Source: an uncultured Actinomycetes bacterium (GTDB taxonomy: Bacteria > Actinomycetota > Coriobacteriia > Coriobacteriales > RUG033). From it: 46,461 nt of DNA. The translations under genes and the position numbers were made by a program. The stretch is from NCBI GenBank assembly GCA_900314665.1, contig OMWF01000116.1, positions 1 through 46,461 on the forward strand, given 5' to 3'. The notes beneath the pieces were generated by a model. The model did not search any database and had not been told where the DNA came from. It saw nothing but the letters and a program-made list of their open reading frames with translations. Below, piece by piece: positions 10,118-19,119 of this stretch; within the stretch, counting starts at the first letter, position 1, and each line of letters opens with the position of its first letter.

Positions 10118-11803
10118 ATGCGCGAGCGATTCTCGACCGGCACCTTCACCCCCGACTCGATGATCAGCTGCCGGACCCTGATCGAGGCCAACGGCTACTC
10201 CCAAGACGACGTCTCCCGGCCCCTGATCGGCATCGCCGACTCCTTCACCGACCTAGTGCCCGGCCACCGCAACCTGCGCGAGCTGACCCAGCAGGTCAAG
10301 TACGGCATCTACCGGGCGGGCGGAACGCCGGTGGAGTTCGGGACCATCGGGGTCTGCGATGGCGTCTGCTGCACCCATGACGGCGCCCGCTACTCGCTGC
10401 CCTCCCGCGACCTGGTGGCCGACAGCGTCGAGGTGATGGCCCGCGCCCACCGCCTGGACGGCCTGGTTCTGCTCGCCGGCTGTGATAAGACCGTGCCCGG
10501 GATGCTGATGGCCGCCGCCCGCCTCGACATCCCCTGCGTCTTCGTGGCCGGAGGTCCCATGCTCTCCGGCCCCGCCTTTGGGCCTAAGGCCAAGTCGGAC
10601 AGCACCTCCATCGAAGAGGCCTATGGCATGTACCAAACCGGGTCCGCCACCCGCGAGGAGCTTTCCGACCTGGAGCTCAACTGCTGCCCCACCATCGGCT
10701 CCTGCCAGCACATGGCCACCGCCAACACGATGTGCTGCCTGGCCGAGGGCCTGGGGCTCTCGCTGCCGGGATCGGCCGCTATCCCCGCCGTCTACAACGA
10801 GCGCCGACGCTCGGCGCTCTCCGCCGGCGAGGCCTGCGTAAAGCTGGTGCGCCGGGGCATCACCGCCCGCGACATCGTCACCCCCGAGGCGCTGGAGAAC
10901 GCCGTCAGGCTGCTGCTCGCCTGCGGCGGCTCCACCAACGCCGTCATCCACCTCGCCGCCCTCGCCCACGAGATAGGCCTCGACCCGGCCTGGGTCCTCG
11001 AGCTCATCGACGAGGTGGGAGGCGAGACCCCGCTGCTGGTCAAGATCAACCCCTCCTCGCTCGAGCACGACGCCGAGGACTTTTACCATGCCGGCGGCAT
11101 GCCGCGGGTGATGCAGGCCCTCGCCAGCCAGCTGCATCTGGGCTGCCTCACCGTCACCGGGCAGACCGTCGAGGACAACCTGGCCTCCTACCACTACCGC
11201 TACCCCGCCAACCCGAGCGTCATCACCACCCTCGACAAGCCGTTCTCGACGCTGCCGGGCATCGTCGTGCTGCACGGCAACCTGGCTCCCCAGACGGCGG
11301 TGGCCAAGCCTGCCGCCATCGCTCCCGAGGTGCGGCGCTTCTCGGGGCCGGCACGCTGCTTCGACTCCGAGGCGGCGTGCGCCGCAGCCATCGGCCGGCG
11401 AGAGATCAAGCCGGGCGACGTGGTGGTCATCCGCTACGAGGGTCCGCAGGGGGCGCCCGGGATGCCCGAGATGTTCGGGCCCCTGAAGCTCCTCAACGGC
11501 CAGGGGCTGGCCAGGCAGACGGCCCTCATCACCGACGGGCGCTTCTCGGGCACCAACAACGGCTGCTTTGTGGGGCACATATCGCCCGAGGCAGCCGCTG
11601 GCGGCCTCATCGCGCTCATCGAGGACGGCGACATCGTGACCATCGATGTCGTAAGGCGAACCTTGACGCTGGAGGTCGACGACGAGACCATCGCCCGCCG
11701 CCGGGCTGCCTGGAGCTACACCCCGCCCCAGGTGGACGGCTATCTGCGCCGCTACGCCGCCCAAGCGTCATCGGCTAACCGCGGAGGCGTTCTGGGGGCG
11801 TGA
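10118..11803 (+). CDS. ilvD: Dihydroxy-acid dehydratase (IlvD/Edd family)
   Basis: ATG 10118 with AGGAGGA at 10104..10110. PLIGIADSFTDLVPGH, LLAGCDKTVPGMLMAAARL, ITDGRFSGTN and IEDGDIVTID are IlvD/Edd hallmarks. No other ilv genes are adjacent, so a sugar-acid dehydratase role cannot be excluded. Confidence 0.88.
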   Translation: MRERFSTGTFTPDSMISCRTLIEANGYSQDDVSRPLIGIADSFTDLVPGHRNLRELTQQVKYGIYRAGGTPVEFGTIGVCDGVCCTHDGARYSLPSRDLVADSVEVMARAHRLDGLVLLAGCDKTVPGMLMAAARLDIPCVFVAGGPMLSGPAFGPKAKSDSTSIEEAYGMYQTGSATREELSDLELNCCPTIGSCQHMATANTMCCLAEGLGLSLPGSAAIPAVYNERRRSALSAGEACVKLVRRGITARDIVTPEALENAVRLLLACGGSTNAVIHLAALAHEIGLDPAWVLELIDEVGGETPLLVKINPSSLEHDAEDFYHAGGMPRVMQALASQLHLGCLTVTGQTVEDNLASYHYRYPANPSVITTLDKPFSTLPGIVVLHGNLAPQTAVAKPAAIAPEVRRFSGPARCFDSEAACAAAIGRREIKPGDVVVIRYEGPQGAPGMPEMFGPLKLLNGQGLARQTALITDGRFSGTNNGCFVGHISPEAAAGGLIALIEDGDIVTIDVVRRTLTLEVDDETIARRRAAWSYTPPQVDGYLRRYAAQASSANRGGVLGA

Positions 11804-12099
11804 CGGAGGCCCTCTGGGAAAGCGAGGGCCGAGTGGCGGCCCTGCCCGGGATGGCTTGACGCGAGGCGCGAATTGCCCTCCCGAGCGCACGCACTGCCGG
11901 CGACCCGGCCGCGAACATGCAGCGCATGGGTCCCGGCCCGTCCGCTGACAGCCGCCGCTTGCCGTCCGCTCGAGCCTAGCGCACGGTGCTGCGTGGCGCG
12001 CTTGGAGGGCGCGTGCTACTATTCCGCTGTTACACCCTGCAACGGATTCCCACTGCGGCGGGTTTGACAGATCGCGAGCATTGAGAGGAAACGCACAAA

Positions 12100-12366
12100 G
12101 TGGCAAACATCAAGAGTCAGAAGAAGCGCATCAAGACCAATGAGAAGGCCCGTATGCGCAACAAGGCGGTCCGTTCTGAGCTCAAGACCGTCATCAAGCA
12201 CGTCGACGCCGCCGTGGAGGAGGGTGACGCGGAGGCTGCCGCCAAGGCCGCCCGCCTCGCCTACAAGAAGCTCGATATGGCTGCAGCCAAGGGCATCATC
12301 CACAAGAACCAGGCTGCCAACCGCAAGTCCAAGGTCGCCAAGAAGGTCAACTCCATCGCTCAGTAG
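12100..12366 (+). CDS. rpsT: 30S ribosomal protein S20
   Basis: [30 protein letters not shown]... is the classic S20 N-terminus. GTG start with GAGAGGA 10 nt upstream. Confidence 0.95.
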   Translation: MANIKSQKKRIKTNEKARMRNKAVRSELKTVIKHVDAAVEEGDAEAAAKAARLAYKKLDMAAAKGIIHKNQAANRKSKVAKKVNSIAQ

Positions 12367-12397
12367 CGCTGTTGACCGCAACCGATTAAGCAGCATC

Positions 12398-12430
12398 AAA
12401 ACGGCGTCCTGCGGGGCGCCGTTTTTGTTT
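12398..12430 (+). terminator. Rho-independent terminator of rpsT
   Basis: aaacggcgtcc-tgcgg-ggcgccgt forms a stem of about 8 bp with one bulge, followed by tttttgttt. Confidence 0.7.
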
Positions 12431-12575
12431 GACCCGAGGACCAAACGCGCTTGCCGGAGAAGTCCGCCCATGAGGGGCACCGCTCACCTGGAGCGAAAGC
12501 GTCGGGCGCGATGACTTGCTCGGTCCAGCCCGTGAGAGGTGCGGGTTGCATTCAAGGGGACGAGGAGGACGCGCG

Positions 12576-13448
12576 ATGCTCACGCGCAGGCAGTTCATAG
12601 GAGCCGCAGTCGGGGCTGCGGCGGCTGCCGGAGCGGCCGGCAGCGGGGTGGGCATGTCCGCCGAAGCACAGAACCTCAAGCTCACCGGCTACGAACTCGC
12701 CCTGGGCTCCCTCCCTGCGGGCCTTGACGGCCTGCGCATCGTCTCGCTCTCCGACTTTCACGGCAAGCGCTTCGATGACGAGAGCGCGCTCCCGGGTCTC
12801 ATCGCCCGCTGCGCGCCCGACCTCATCGCCCTGCCCGGGGACCTGCTCGACCGACATCACCCAGAGGCCCTGCCCAGGGCGCTTGGCCTGGTCGACCTGT
12901 GCGTGGCGACCGCACCCACCTGCTACGTGCCCGGAAACCACGAGAACGGGCTGGCAAACAGGGAAGACGTGTATCGGGCGGTCGCCGGGCACGGTGCCCG
13001 CGTGCTCATCTACGACCAGGAGCTGGTGGAATGCCGGAACGGGTCGCTTGTCGTGTCCGGCGTTCCCGACCCGGTGGCAGCTGGCGACTGGGCCGGCGGC
13101 GTCAAGAGCCTGGCCCGCGCCGAGGACGCCCTGCCGGATGGCGGGAGGCGTCCCTTCTCGATCCTGCTCTCGCATCGGCCCGAGCGCTTTGCGGCGTACG
13201 TCGAGGCGGGCTTTGACCTGGTGCTCTCCGGTCACAGCCACGCCGGCCAGATCTGCCTGCCGGGCGGCATACCCCTCTATATCCCCAACCAGAGCCCGCC
13301 CTACCGCTATGTGAAGGGCGTCTACCAGGAACGGGGCACGACCATGGTGGTGAGTGCCGGACTGGGCGAGACGGGCGTAGGCCTGCGCGCCTTCTGCCCG
13401 CCCGAGGTGGTTCTCGTCACCTTGAGAAGCGCCGGAGCGGACGGCTAG
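12576..13448 (+). CDS. Tat-signal metallophosphoesterase (YkuE/calcineurin-like)
   Basis: ATG 12576 with GAGGAGGA upstream. Twin-arginine signal MLTRRQFIGAAVGAAAAAGA. Metallophosphoesterase motifs SLSDFHG, LPGDLLD, VPGNHE and LSGHSHAGQ. Confidence 0.8.
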   Translation: MLTRRQFIGAAVGAAAAAGAAGSGVGMSAEAQNLKLTGYELALGSLPAGLDGLRIVSLSDFHGKRFDDESALPGLIARCAPDLIALPGDLLDRHHPEALPRALGLVDLCVATAPTCYVPGNHENGLANREDVYRAVAGHGARVLIYDQELVECRNGSLVVSGVPDPVAAGDWAGGVKSLARAEDALPDGGRRPFSILLSHRPERFAAYVEAGFDLVLSGHSHAGQICLPGGIPLYIPNQSPPYRYVKGVYQERGTTMVVSAGLGETGVGLRAFCPPEVVLVTLRSAGADG

Positions 13449-14446
13449 CGGCTGGCGGCGGAGGTGCCTCTGCAGACCCCCAGCACCCACAGCTCAAAGA
13501 CGGTCTGCGCATCGGCGCCGGTCTTCATCTGACGTTCGGCCTCGGCGGCGTCCTCGAGCGCCTGGCGCAGCTCCCGGGAGGTGAAGCGGGCGGCCCAGCG
13601 GCGGTGGTCGCGCAGCTGCCAATCCTGCACCCGGGGATTGACCTTGCGGATCTGCTCGACCAGCTGGTAGCCCTCGCCCCGCTGCTCGAGCGCCTTGGTG
13701 ACGATCAGCTCCCGGATGCGCGAGACGCACCAGGAGAGCAGCCCGGGCCACGACTGGTCCTGGATGCGCGAGATGAGCAGGGCGCACCGGTGGGCGTCAC
13801 GCTGGGCGAGGGCGGCGGTCAGGTCCCAGGGCTTGACGTCGGCCACCCGCGTCACCAGGTGCTCCACGTCATCGACGCCGATGGCGGTGCCGCCGCGGGC
13901 AATGACCACGTCTGACAGCTTCTTTACCTCGGCATCGAGCTGGACCGTGTCGGTGCCCACCCGCTCTACGAGCTGCTCGGCAGCCTGCCAGTCCAGAGAG
14001 GTCCCGTGGGTCTCGGCCATCTTCTGCACCAGCTGAGGGAGCTTCTTGCCCTTCTTGGGAGTGCAATCGATGACGGATCGAGGGCCCACCTTGGCGGCGG
14101 CCTTGTAAAGACGGGTGTTCTTAGCCAGCTTGCCGGCGACCAGCGCCATCACGGTGGTGGGATTGGGATCGGCCAGATAGCTCACCAGCAGCTCAGAGGA
14201 CTCCTTGGGCAGCTTCTCGGCGTTCTTTACCACAACCAGGCGGAGGTCCGAGAGAAACGGAAGGGTGTTGGCCGCCTCCACGATGGCCTGCCCCTCGGCG
14301 CCCTGGGCACCGTCGAAGACCTCGCGGTTGAAGTCCAAGTCGCCCTCCTGGGCCACCCGGTCCGTGAGCCGGCGCAATGCCTCCTCGGCCTTGAGGGTGT
14401 CCTCGCCCACGATGAGATAAGCGGGGAGCAGCTGCGCTTTAGCCAT
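13445..14446 (-). CDS. holA: DNA polymerase III delta subunit
   Basis: ORF trimmed to ATG 14446 (MAKAQLLPAYLIVGEDTLK), preceded by GAGGAGG. Length and position immediately downstream of comEC are canonical for holA. The stop shares the CTAG at 13445..13448 with the convergent gene. Confidence 0.85.
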   Translation of the reverse strand: MAKAQLLPAYLIVGEDTLKAEEALRRLTDRVAQEGDLDFNREVFDGAQGAEGQAIVEAANTLPFLSDLRLVVVKNAEKLPKESSELLVSYLADPNPTTVMALVAGKLAKNTRLYKAAAKVGPRSVIDCTPKKGKKLPQLVQKMAETHGTSLDWQAAEQLVERVGTDTVQLDAEVKKLSDVVIARGGTAIGVDDVEHLVTRVADVKPWDLTAALAQRDAHRCALLISRIQDQSWPGLLSWCVSRIRELIVTKALEQRGEGYQLVEQIRKVNPRVQDWQLRDHRRWAARFTSRELRQALEDAAEAERQMKTGADAQTVFELWVLGVCRGTSAASR

Positions 14447-14514
14447 GGGACCTCCTCTCAGCCATCGTCCAAGCCATGTCATCGTAACACGGGTCGCCGC
14501 AGCGGGAGGGTCCT

Positions 14515-16944
14515 TCACGCCGCGCGGCCCCAGGGCGACCGCCTCACCACCGGCCCGGCAGCCGTGAGGTCGACCCTGACGTCGCCCTGCCGGTCCGTGC
14601 GCAGCACCTGCGCGCCCGCTTCCTCAAGCTCGTCAAGGCATTCCTGGTGGGGGTGGCCGTATCGGTTGCCAGTACCGCACGAGATGAGCGCCAGCCGCGG
14701 GCCCAGGGCCTCCGCCACCCCGTCTGAAACCGAGACCCGCGACCCATGGTGCCCCACCTTGAGGACGTCCACCTCGGCCAAGCTCCCCTCCCTGACGAGG
14801 CGGCCGGTGACCTCGGATTCGGCATCGCCAGTCAGGAGCACGGTGTCGTCCACCTCCCCGTCGGCGTCCTCATCGCAGCTGACAAGCATCACCAGGCTGT
14901 CGGCATTGCCGCCGCCTTCGGTGAAGCGCTCCGGGGAGAGCACGGAGACGGTCAGGCACCCCACCTCCATCCCCTCATGCAGTCCCAGGTAGACGGGGTC
15001 AGCGCCGCTCACCCGACGGGCCTCCCCCACCACCTGGCAGGCCGTCTCGTCCCCGGCGGAGGCAAGCTCCGCCATCCCTTGGGCGAGCAGCACCTGCCTC
15101 ACCGGCACCACGCCGTACAGGCTCTCCAGACCCCCGTAGTGATCGTCGTGGAGATGGGTGATGACCACCGCGTCAAGGGAGCGCACGTGGTTGCGGGCAA
15201 GCGCCCCGCGCAGGTCACCGTATTCCGGTCCGGTATCCACCAGCACCGTCCGACCCCGGCTGGAAAGGAGCACGGCATCGCCCTGCCCCACGTCAAGCAT
15301 CGTGATGCGGGTGGCGCTCGTCCCCGTTGGGAGCAGGACGACTGCCAGGGCCGCCACCACGCCCGCCGCCGCAGCGGCTCGCATGCAGCGCCGGGAAGGC
15401 AGAGGCCAGAGGACCCAGGTCGCAACCGCGCAGACCACGCCGCCGAGAGCGGCAGGGCCGGCGGGAAGCGACACCGGCAGGGATGCCCCCGGCACGCCGG
15501 CAAGCACCGAGGCCACAGAAGCGGTAGCAGCCCCCAGCGCTCCCAAGGCGGCCAGGCCCACCTGCGCCGCCGCGCTCACCGGCGCGACTGGCAACACCGC
15601 CAGGCAGGCGAGCGGAACCCCGCCGGCTATCATCGCCGATACCAGCGGCGCGCAGAGCACGTTGGCGAGCGGTGCGATGAGCGAGACCGTCGAGAAGAGC
15701 GGAGCCGTGACGGGCACGGTGGCCAGCTGGGCGGTCACGGTTAGTGCGACCGGCTCGACAAGCGCTGATGCGGCATCCGGAAGCAGGCGCCTCGTCCACT
15801 CCCCCGCCAGCGGCAGAAACAGCGCCAGCCCCAGCACGGAGAGCGTCGAGAGAATGAAGCCCGCGTTGAACGCGCAGGTCGGCTCGGCGGCCAGCATCAC
15901 GAGGGCGCAGAGACTGACCGCCGAGCCCATGTCGCGACGCCGGCCGAACAGTCCGCCCGCCAGCCCCAGAGCAAGCATGATGAGGGCCCGCACCGCCGAA
16001 GGGGCCAGCCCGGTGAGCAGCGCGTATCCCGTCACCGGCAGGACGGTCGCCAGGTAGCGCACCGTATGCCCCGCCCCAGTCCTGGCAAGCACCCAGGCGA
16101 CCAGCGAGGCAACCAGGGCCAGGTGGCTTCCCGAGACCGCCACCAGATGGGAGAGCCCGCACAGCGCGTAGTCGTCCTCGACCTCGCTGCCATGCAGACG
16201 GGTGCGGTCGCCGAGCACCACGCCGGAGAGAAGCGCGCCGCCCGGCCCCGGCACCTCATCGATGCGCTCCCCGGCCTTCTGGCGCAGCTTGCAGACCACG
16301 CCGATGCAATCGGTCCGCCAGCCCGCGTCGGAGACGCCCCGCAGGGTCACCGTCCCCGCGATGCCGTTCTTATGAAACCATCTCCCCGTCTCGGCCGCAT
16401 CGGGCGCCCTCACTGACCCATACGCCGTAAGCACCGTCCCCAGCGGCTTCGGGTCGCTCCCGCGGGGCCAAGCGACGCGCACCGTGGCGGCGTGCCCCCT
16501 GACCACCGTCGAGGCCGTCGAGACGGCGCCATAGCCTTTCTCCTGGGGATCCGAGGTGATGGTGTAGGTCCTTCTGATTCCGCCTTGGGCTGCCAGGGAT
16601 GCGCCGTCCAAAGCCCAGCTCTCCCATTGCACGATACCGCACGCAAGTCCCAGCGCGCAGCCGATGAGAGCCAGCGCCACCGTCCCCCGGCCCGTGCGCC
16701 GCCGATGCGCCTTGCCCCGCCTCCAGTGCCAGACGGCGAGAAGAGCGCCCGCAAGGACGCACGTGATGGCCAGGGGAACGGGCGGAAGCGGCATCCCGAC
16801 AGCGCCGCCACGCTCGAAGATCCTCCACGAGACGTGCTCGGCCAGCGCCGTTCCGCCCCAGGTGCCGACCGCGGCCACGAGGAGCAGGGGCAGGGTGGGA
16901 CGGACCGGGGCGTCCAGCCGTCCGCCTCCGCATCTCACGCTCAT
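14515..16944 (-). CDS. comEC: DNA internalisation channel ComEC/Rec2 (competence domain plus metallo-beta-lactamase domain)
   Basis: Polytopic membrane core plus a C-terminal MBL domain: ITMLDVGQGDAVLL, VITHLHDDHYGG, KVGHHGS. The ATG overlaps the comEA stop (ATGA). Confidence 0.9.
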   Translation of the reverse strand: MSVRCGGGRLDAPVRPTLPLLLVAAVGTWGGTALAEHVSWRIFERGGAVGMPLPPVPLAITCVLAGALLAVWHWRRGKAHRRRTGRGTVALALIGCALGLACGIVQWESWALDGASLAAQGGIRRTYTITSDPQEKGYGAVSTASTVVRGHAATVRVAWPRGSDPKPLGTVLTAYGSVRAPDAAETGRWFHKNGIAGTVTLRGVSDAGWRTDCIGVVCKLRQKAGERIDEVPGPGGALLSGVVLGDRTRLHGSEVEDDYALCGLSHLVAVSGSHLALVASLVAWVLARTGAGHTVRYLATVLPVTGYALLTGLAPSAVRALIMLALGLAGGLFGRRRDMGSAVSLCALVMLAAEPTCAFNAGFILSTLSVLGLALFLPLAGEWTRRLLPDAASALVEPVALTVTAQLATVPVTAPLFSTVSLIAPLANVLCAPLVSAMIAGGVPLACLAVLPVAPVSAAAQVGLAALGALGAATASVASVLAGVPGASLPVSLPAGPAALGGVVCAVATWVLWPLPSRRCMRAAAAAGVVAALAVVLLPTGTSATRITMLDVGQGDAVLLSSRGRTVLVDTGPEYGDLRGALARNHVRSLDAVVITHLHDDHYGGLESLYGVVPVRQVLLAQGMAELASAGDETACQVVGEARRVSGADPVYLGLHEGMEVGCLTVSVLSPERFTEGGGNADSLVMLVSCDEDADGEVDDTVLLTGDAESEVTGRLVREGSLAEVDVLKVGHHGSRVSVSDGVAEALGPRLALISCGTGNRYGHPHQECLDELEEAGAQVLRTDRQGDVRVDLTAAGPVVRRSPWGRAA

Positions 16945-17768
16945 GGCGAGACCGTGATGCTGTCAGCGAGCGCCGCATACTTCTTCTCCCCGATTCCGCT
17001 CACCCTCTGCAAGTCCTCCTTGGAGGAGAACGGCCCGTTGGTCTCCCGGTCTGCGACGATCTTGGCGGCGGTGGAGGGGCCGATCCCCGGCAGCGCCTCG
17101 AGCTCTTGGGAGGTGGCGGCGTTGATGTCGACCAGCCCTCCCGATTCGTCGCCGCCGCTCGTGGCCGCTCGGGCATCGCCGCCCGCAGATGCGCCTGGCA
17201 GCGCCCCTCCGTCCGATGAGGGCAGATAGACCTGCTCGCCGTCCTTGAGCAGCCGGGCGAGGTTGACCTGCGCGGTGGCGGCGTCTTCAACGGGCCCGCC
17301 GGCCGCCTCCACGGCGTCCACCACCCGCGATCCCTCCGGAAGGCGGTAGACGCCCGGATTTGCCACCGCGCCCGCCACGTCCACCACGAGTTCCGCCGTT
17401 CGATTCGCGCCCTGAGATGAGGCGGCGGCAGCGCTGGGTGCTGCCGCCGCAGCAGAAGGAGCGGTCGTCCGGCTCGTCGCGGATGCTGTGGTTAGGGTTA
17501 TTCCCGCGTCGGGGCCGGACGGCCACCAGTGCCAGAGGGCGGCACCAAACAGGAGTACGGCGATGACCGCCAGGGCGCCCAGCGCGCCATCGGGAACCCG
17601 ACGAAGCGGAGACTTTCGCACCGCGCTCATCAGCCGATCGCGCAGGGAAATGCCCGGCCTGCGCCGACCGCGGGGCCGCGCAGGGGGCGTGGGCGAGAAG
17701 GGCTCGTCCTCATCACGTTCGTCAATCGGGTCATAGTCGTCAATAAGCTGATACGGCTGGTTCGGCAT
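16941..17768 (-). CDS. comEA: Competence DNA receptor ComEA (SLBB plus helix-hairpin-helix)
   Basis: ATG 17768 with AGGAGGTGG upstream (the track start 17789 is TTG). N-terminal TM. VVDVAGAVANPGVYRLPEGSRVVDAVEAAGG is an SLBB domain. VDINAATSQELEALPGIGPSTAAKIV...SGIGEKK is HhH. Confidence 0.85.
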   Translation of the reverse strand: MPNQPYQLIDDYDPIDERDEDEPFSPTPPARPRGRRRPGISLRDRLMSAVRKSPLRRVPDGALGALAVIAVLLFGAALWHWWPSGPDAGITLTTASATSRTTAPSAAAAAPSAAAASSQGANRTAELVVDVAGAVANPGVYRLPEGSRVVDAVEAAGGPVEDAATAQVNLARLLKDGEQVYLPSSDGGALPGASAGGDARAATSGGDESGGLVDINAATSQELEALPGIGPSTAAKIVADRETNGPFSSKEDLQRVSGIGEKKYAALADSITVSP

Positions 17769-17839
17769 GTCACCCCACCTCCTGCCCAAGGAGTATGGGC
17801 AGAAGGTGGCGACCGTTCGCAGAAGAAGCCTGGCCCGTG

Positions 17840-18098
17840 CCTGACCGCAGCCCGACCACGCTCACCAGTCGAGTCCGACTCGGTCCTGACCAGAACCTGA
17901 CTGGGGACGCCAGTCGGCCCTCACCAGGACCTGACTGGAGCCTGACAGAAGGCCTGCCAGGGCTGACCCTGGCTTGACCTGGGCCTGACTGGAACCTGAC
18001 AGCGCGCACAGGTCGGGCCTGACCCGTACCTGACGGGGACCCGACCGCGCACACAGTCCGAGTCGGACCCATACCTGACCGGGACCCGACCGGGTCCC
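17840..18098. repeat. Degenerate tandem repeat array (about 44-45 bp units) rich in the hexamer CCTGAC, non-coding, upstream of comEA
   Basis: CCTGAC starts at 17840, 17885, 17896, 17930, 17941, 17984, 17995, 18018, 18029 and 18074. Four pairs are exactly 11 bp apart. The best-aligned units are 18003..18045 and 18046..18090. The array ends in the hairpin GGGACCC-gacc-GGGTCCC (18081..18098). Confidence 0.7.
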
Positions 18099-18204
18099 GG
18101 CCCCGCCACGGCCCTAACGCAAGAGGGAGCCGGCATCCCAGCCCCCTCTCAACTTACAAGCATGCGATTGCGCCGCTGCAGACATGTTTGTCGTGAGCAA
18201 GCGG

Positions 18205-19107
18205 CTACGGCCTGGTCCGCCATGCGCGGATGGCGCAGAACAGGACCGCCAGCGCCGTGAAGAGCAGCAGCACCAGCTGGATGTTGCCAGGCACGGTCAC
18301 CACCCCAAAGAGGGAGCCCTCCCCCCTGGTGCTGAGCGGAAAGAGGCTCGGGCAGGCAGCAGAGGTCAGCGCCACGCCAAAGCCCATGCGGGCCACCAGC
18401 AGGTAGAAGAAGCGAGTCGCGAAGGGTGCGAGCAGCCCTCCGGACTCCAGCCCCACCAGCGAGAGCAGGAGGGAGACTGCCACGCAGACCGCGGCGCCCG
18501 TCGCCGACAGGGGAATGCTCTGATAGGTGACGCCTAAGAAGACCAAGGTGGACACGATGACCGCGGAGACGTCGCCAGAGCGCGCCTGGAGAACCGAGAA
18601 GACGTAGCCGAAGGAGATGATCGTCTCGGTGGCGGCCACGGCAGCCAGGTAGACGATCCACCAGGCAAGGCCCTTGAGGGGCTCTGACACCGCGGCCACG
18701 CCCGGGCCCTCTGCCGCGCCCAGCGGCACGCTCAGCCCCAAGCCGGTCGCCACGCCGCTATCGGGCATGATGGTGGCGGGCTCGATGGAGCAGGCGCCCG
18801 AGAAGACCAGGATGATGACGGGGAGGATGAGGGTGAACCCCACCAGGAAGCCCACCGTGCCCCCGCGCAGACGCCCCAGGGCCAACGTGCCGTTGCCGTG
18901 GGCGTCGGTGTCGATAAACCCGAACACCCAGGAGAGCAGCAGGGCGGGCACGAGCGCGCAAAGCTGGTTGCGCAGGGCCCCCTGGGCTCCGGAGAGGGAC
19001 GCCAGCGCCGGGGCATAGACCATCAAACGCTGGCACAGCACGGTCGCCAAAACCCAGGCGACCAGAAACAGGGCCGAACGAACAAGGGCCACCAGCAGGT
19101 TCTTCAT
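18205..19107 (-). CDS. Hypothetical polytopic membrane protein (about 8 TM helices)
   Basis: 300-aa hydrophobic ORF, 12 nt downstream of the thiI stop. No diagnostic catalytic motifs were seen (CPBP EExxxR/FxxxH were looked for and not found). Confidence 0.6.
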   Translation of the reverse strand: MKNLLVALVRSALFLVAWVLATVLCQRLMVYAPALASLSGAQGALRNQLCALVPALLLSWVFGFIDTDAHGNGTLALGRLRGGTVGFLVGFTLILPVIILVFSGACSIEPATIMPDSGVATGLGLSVPLGAAEGPGVAAVSEPLKGLAWWIVYLAAVAATETIISFGYVFSVLQARSGDVSAVIVSTLVFLGVTYQSIPLSATGAAVCVAVSLLLSLVGLESGGLLAPFATRFFYLLVARMGFGVALTSAACPSLFPLSTRGEGSLFGVVTVPGNIQLVLLLFTALAVLFCAIRAWRTRP

Positions 19108-19119
19108 GAGGCGGACCCC

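Noticed and set aside
18205-19107. CPBP-family intramembrane protease assignment for the 8-TM protein.
   Set aside because: The diagnostic EExxxR and FxxxH motifs are not present, so it is left as a hypothetical membrane protein.
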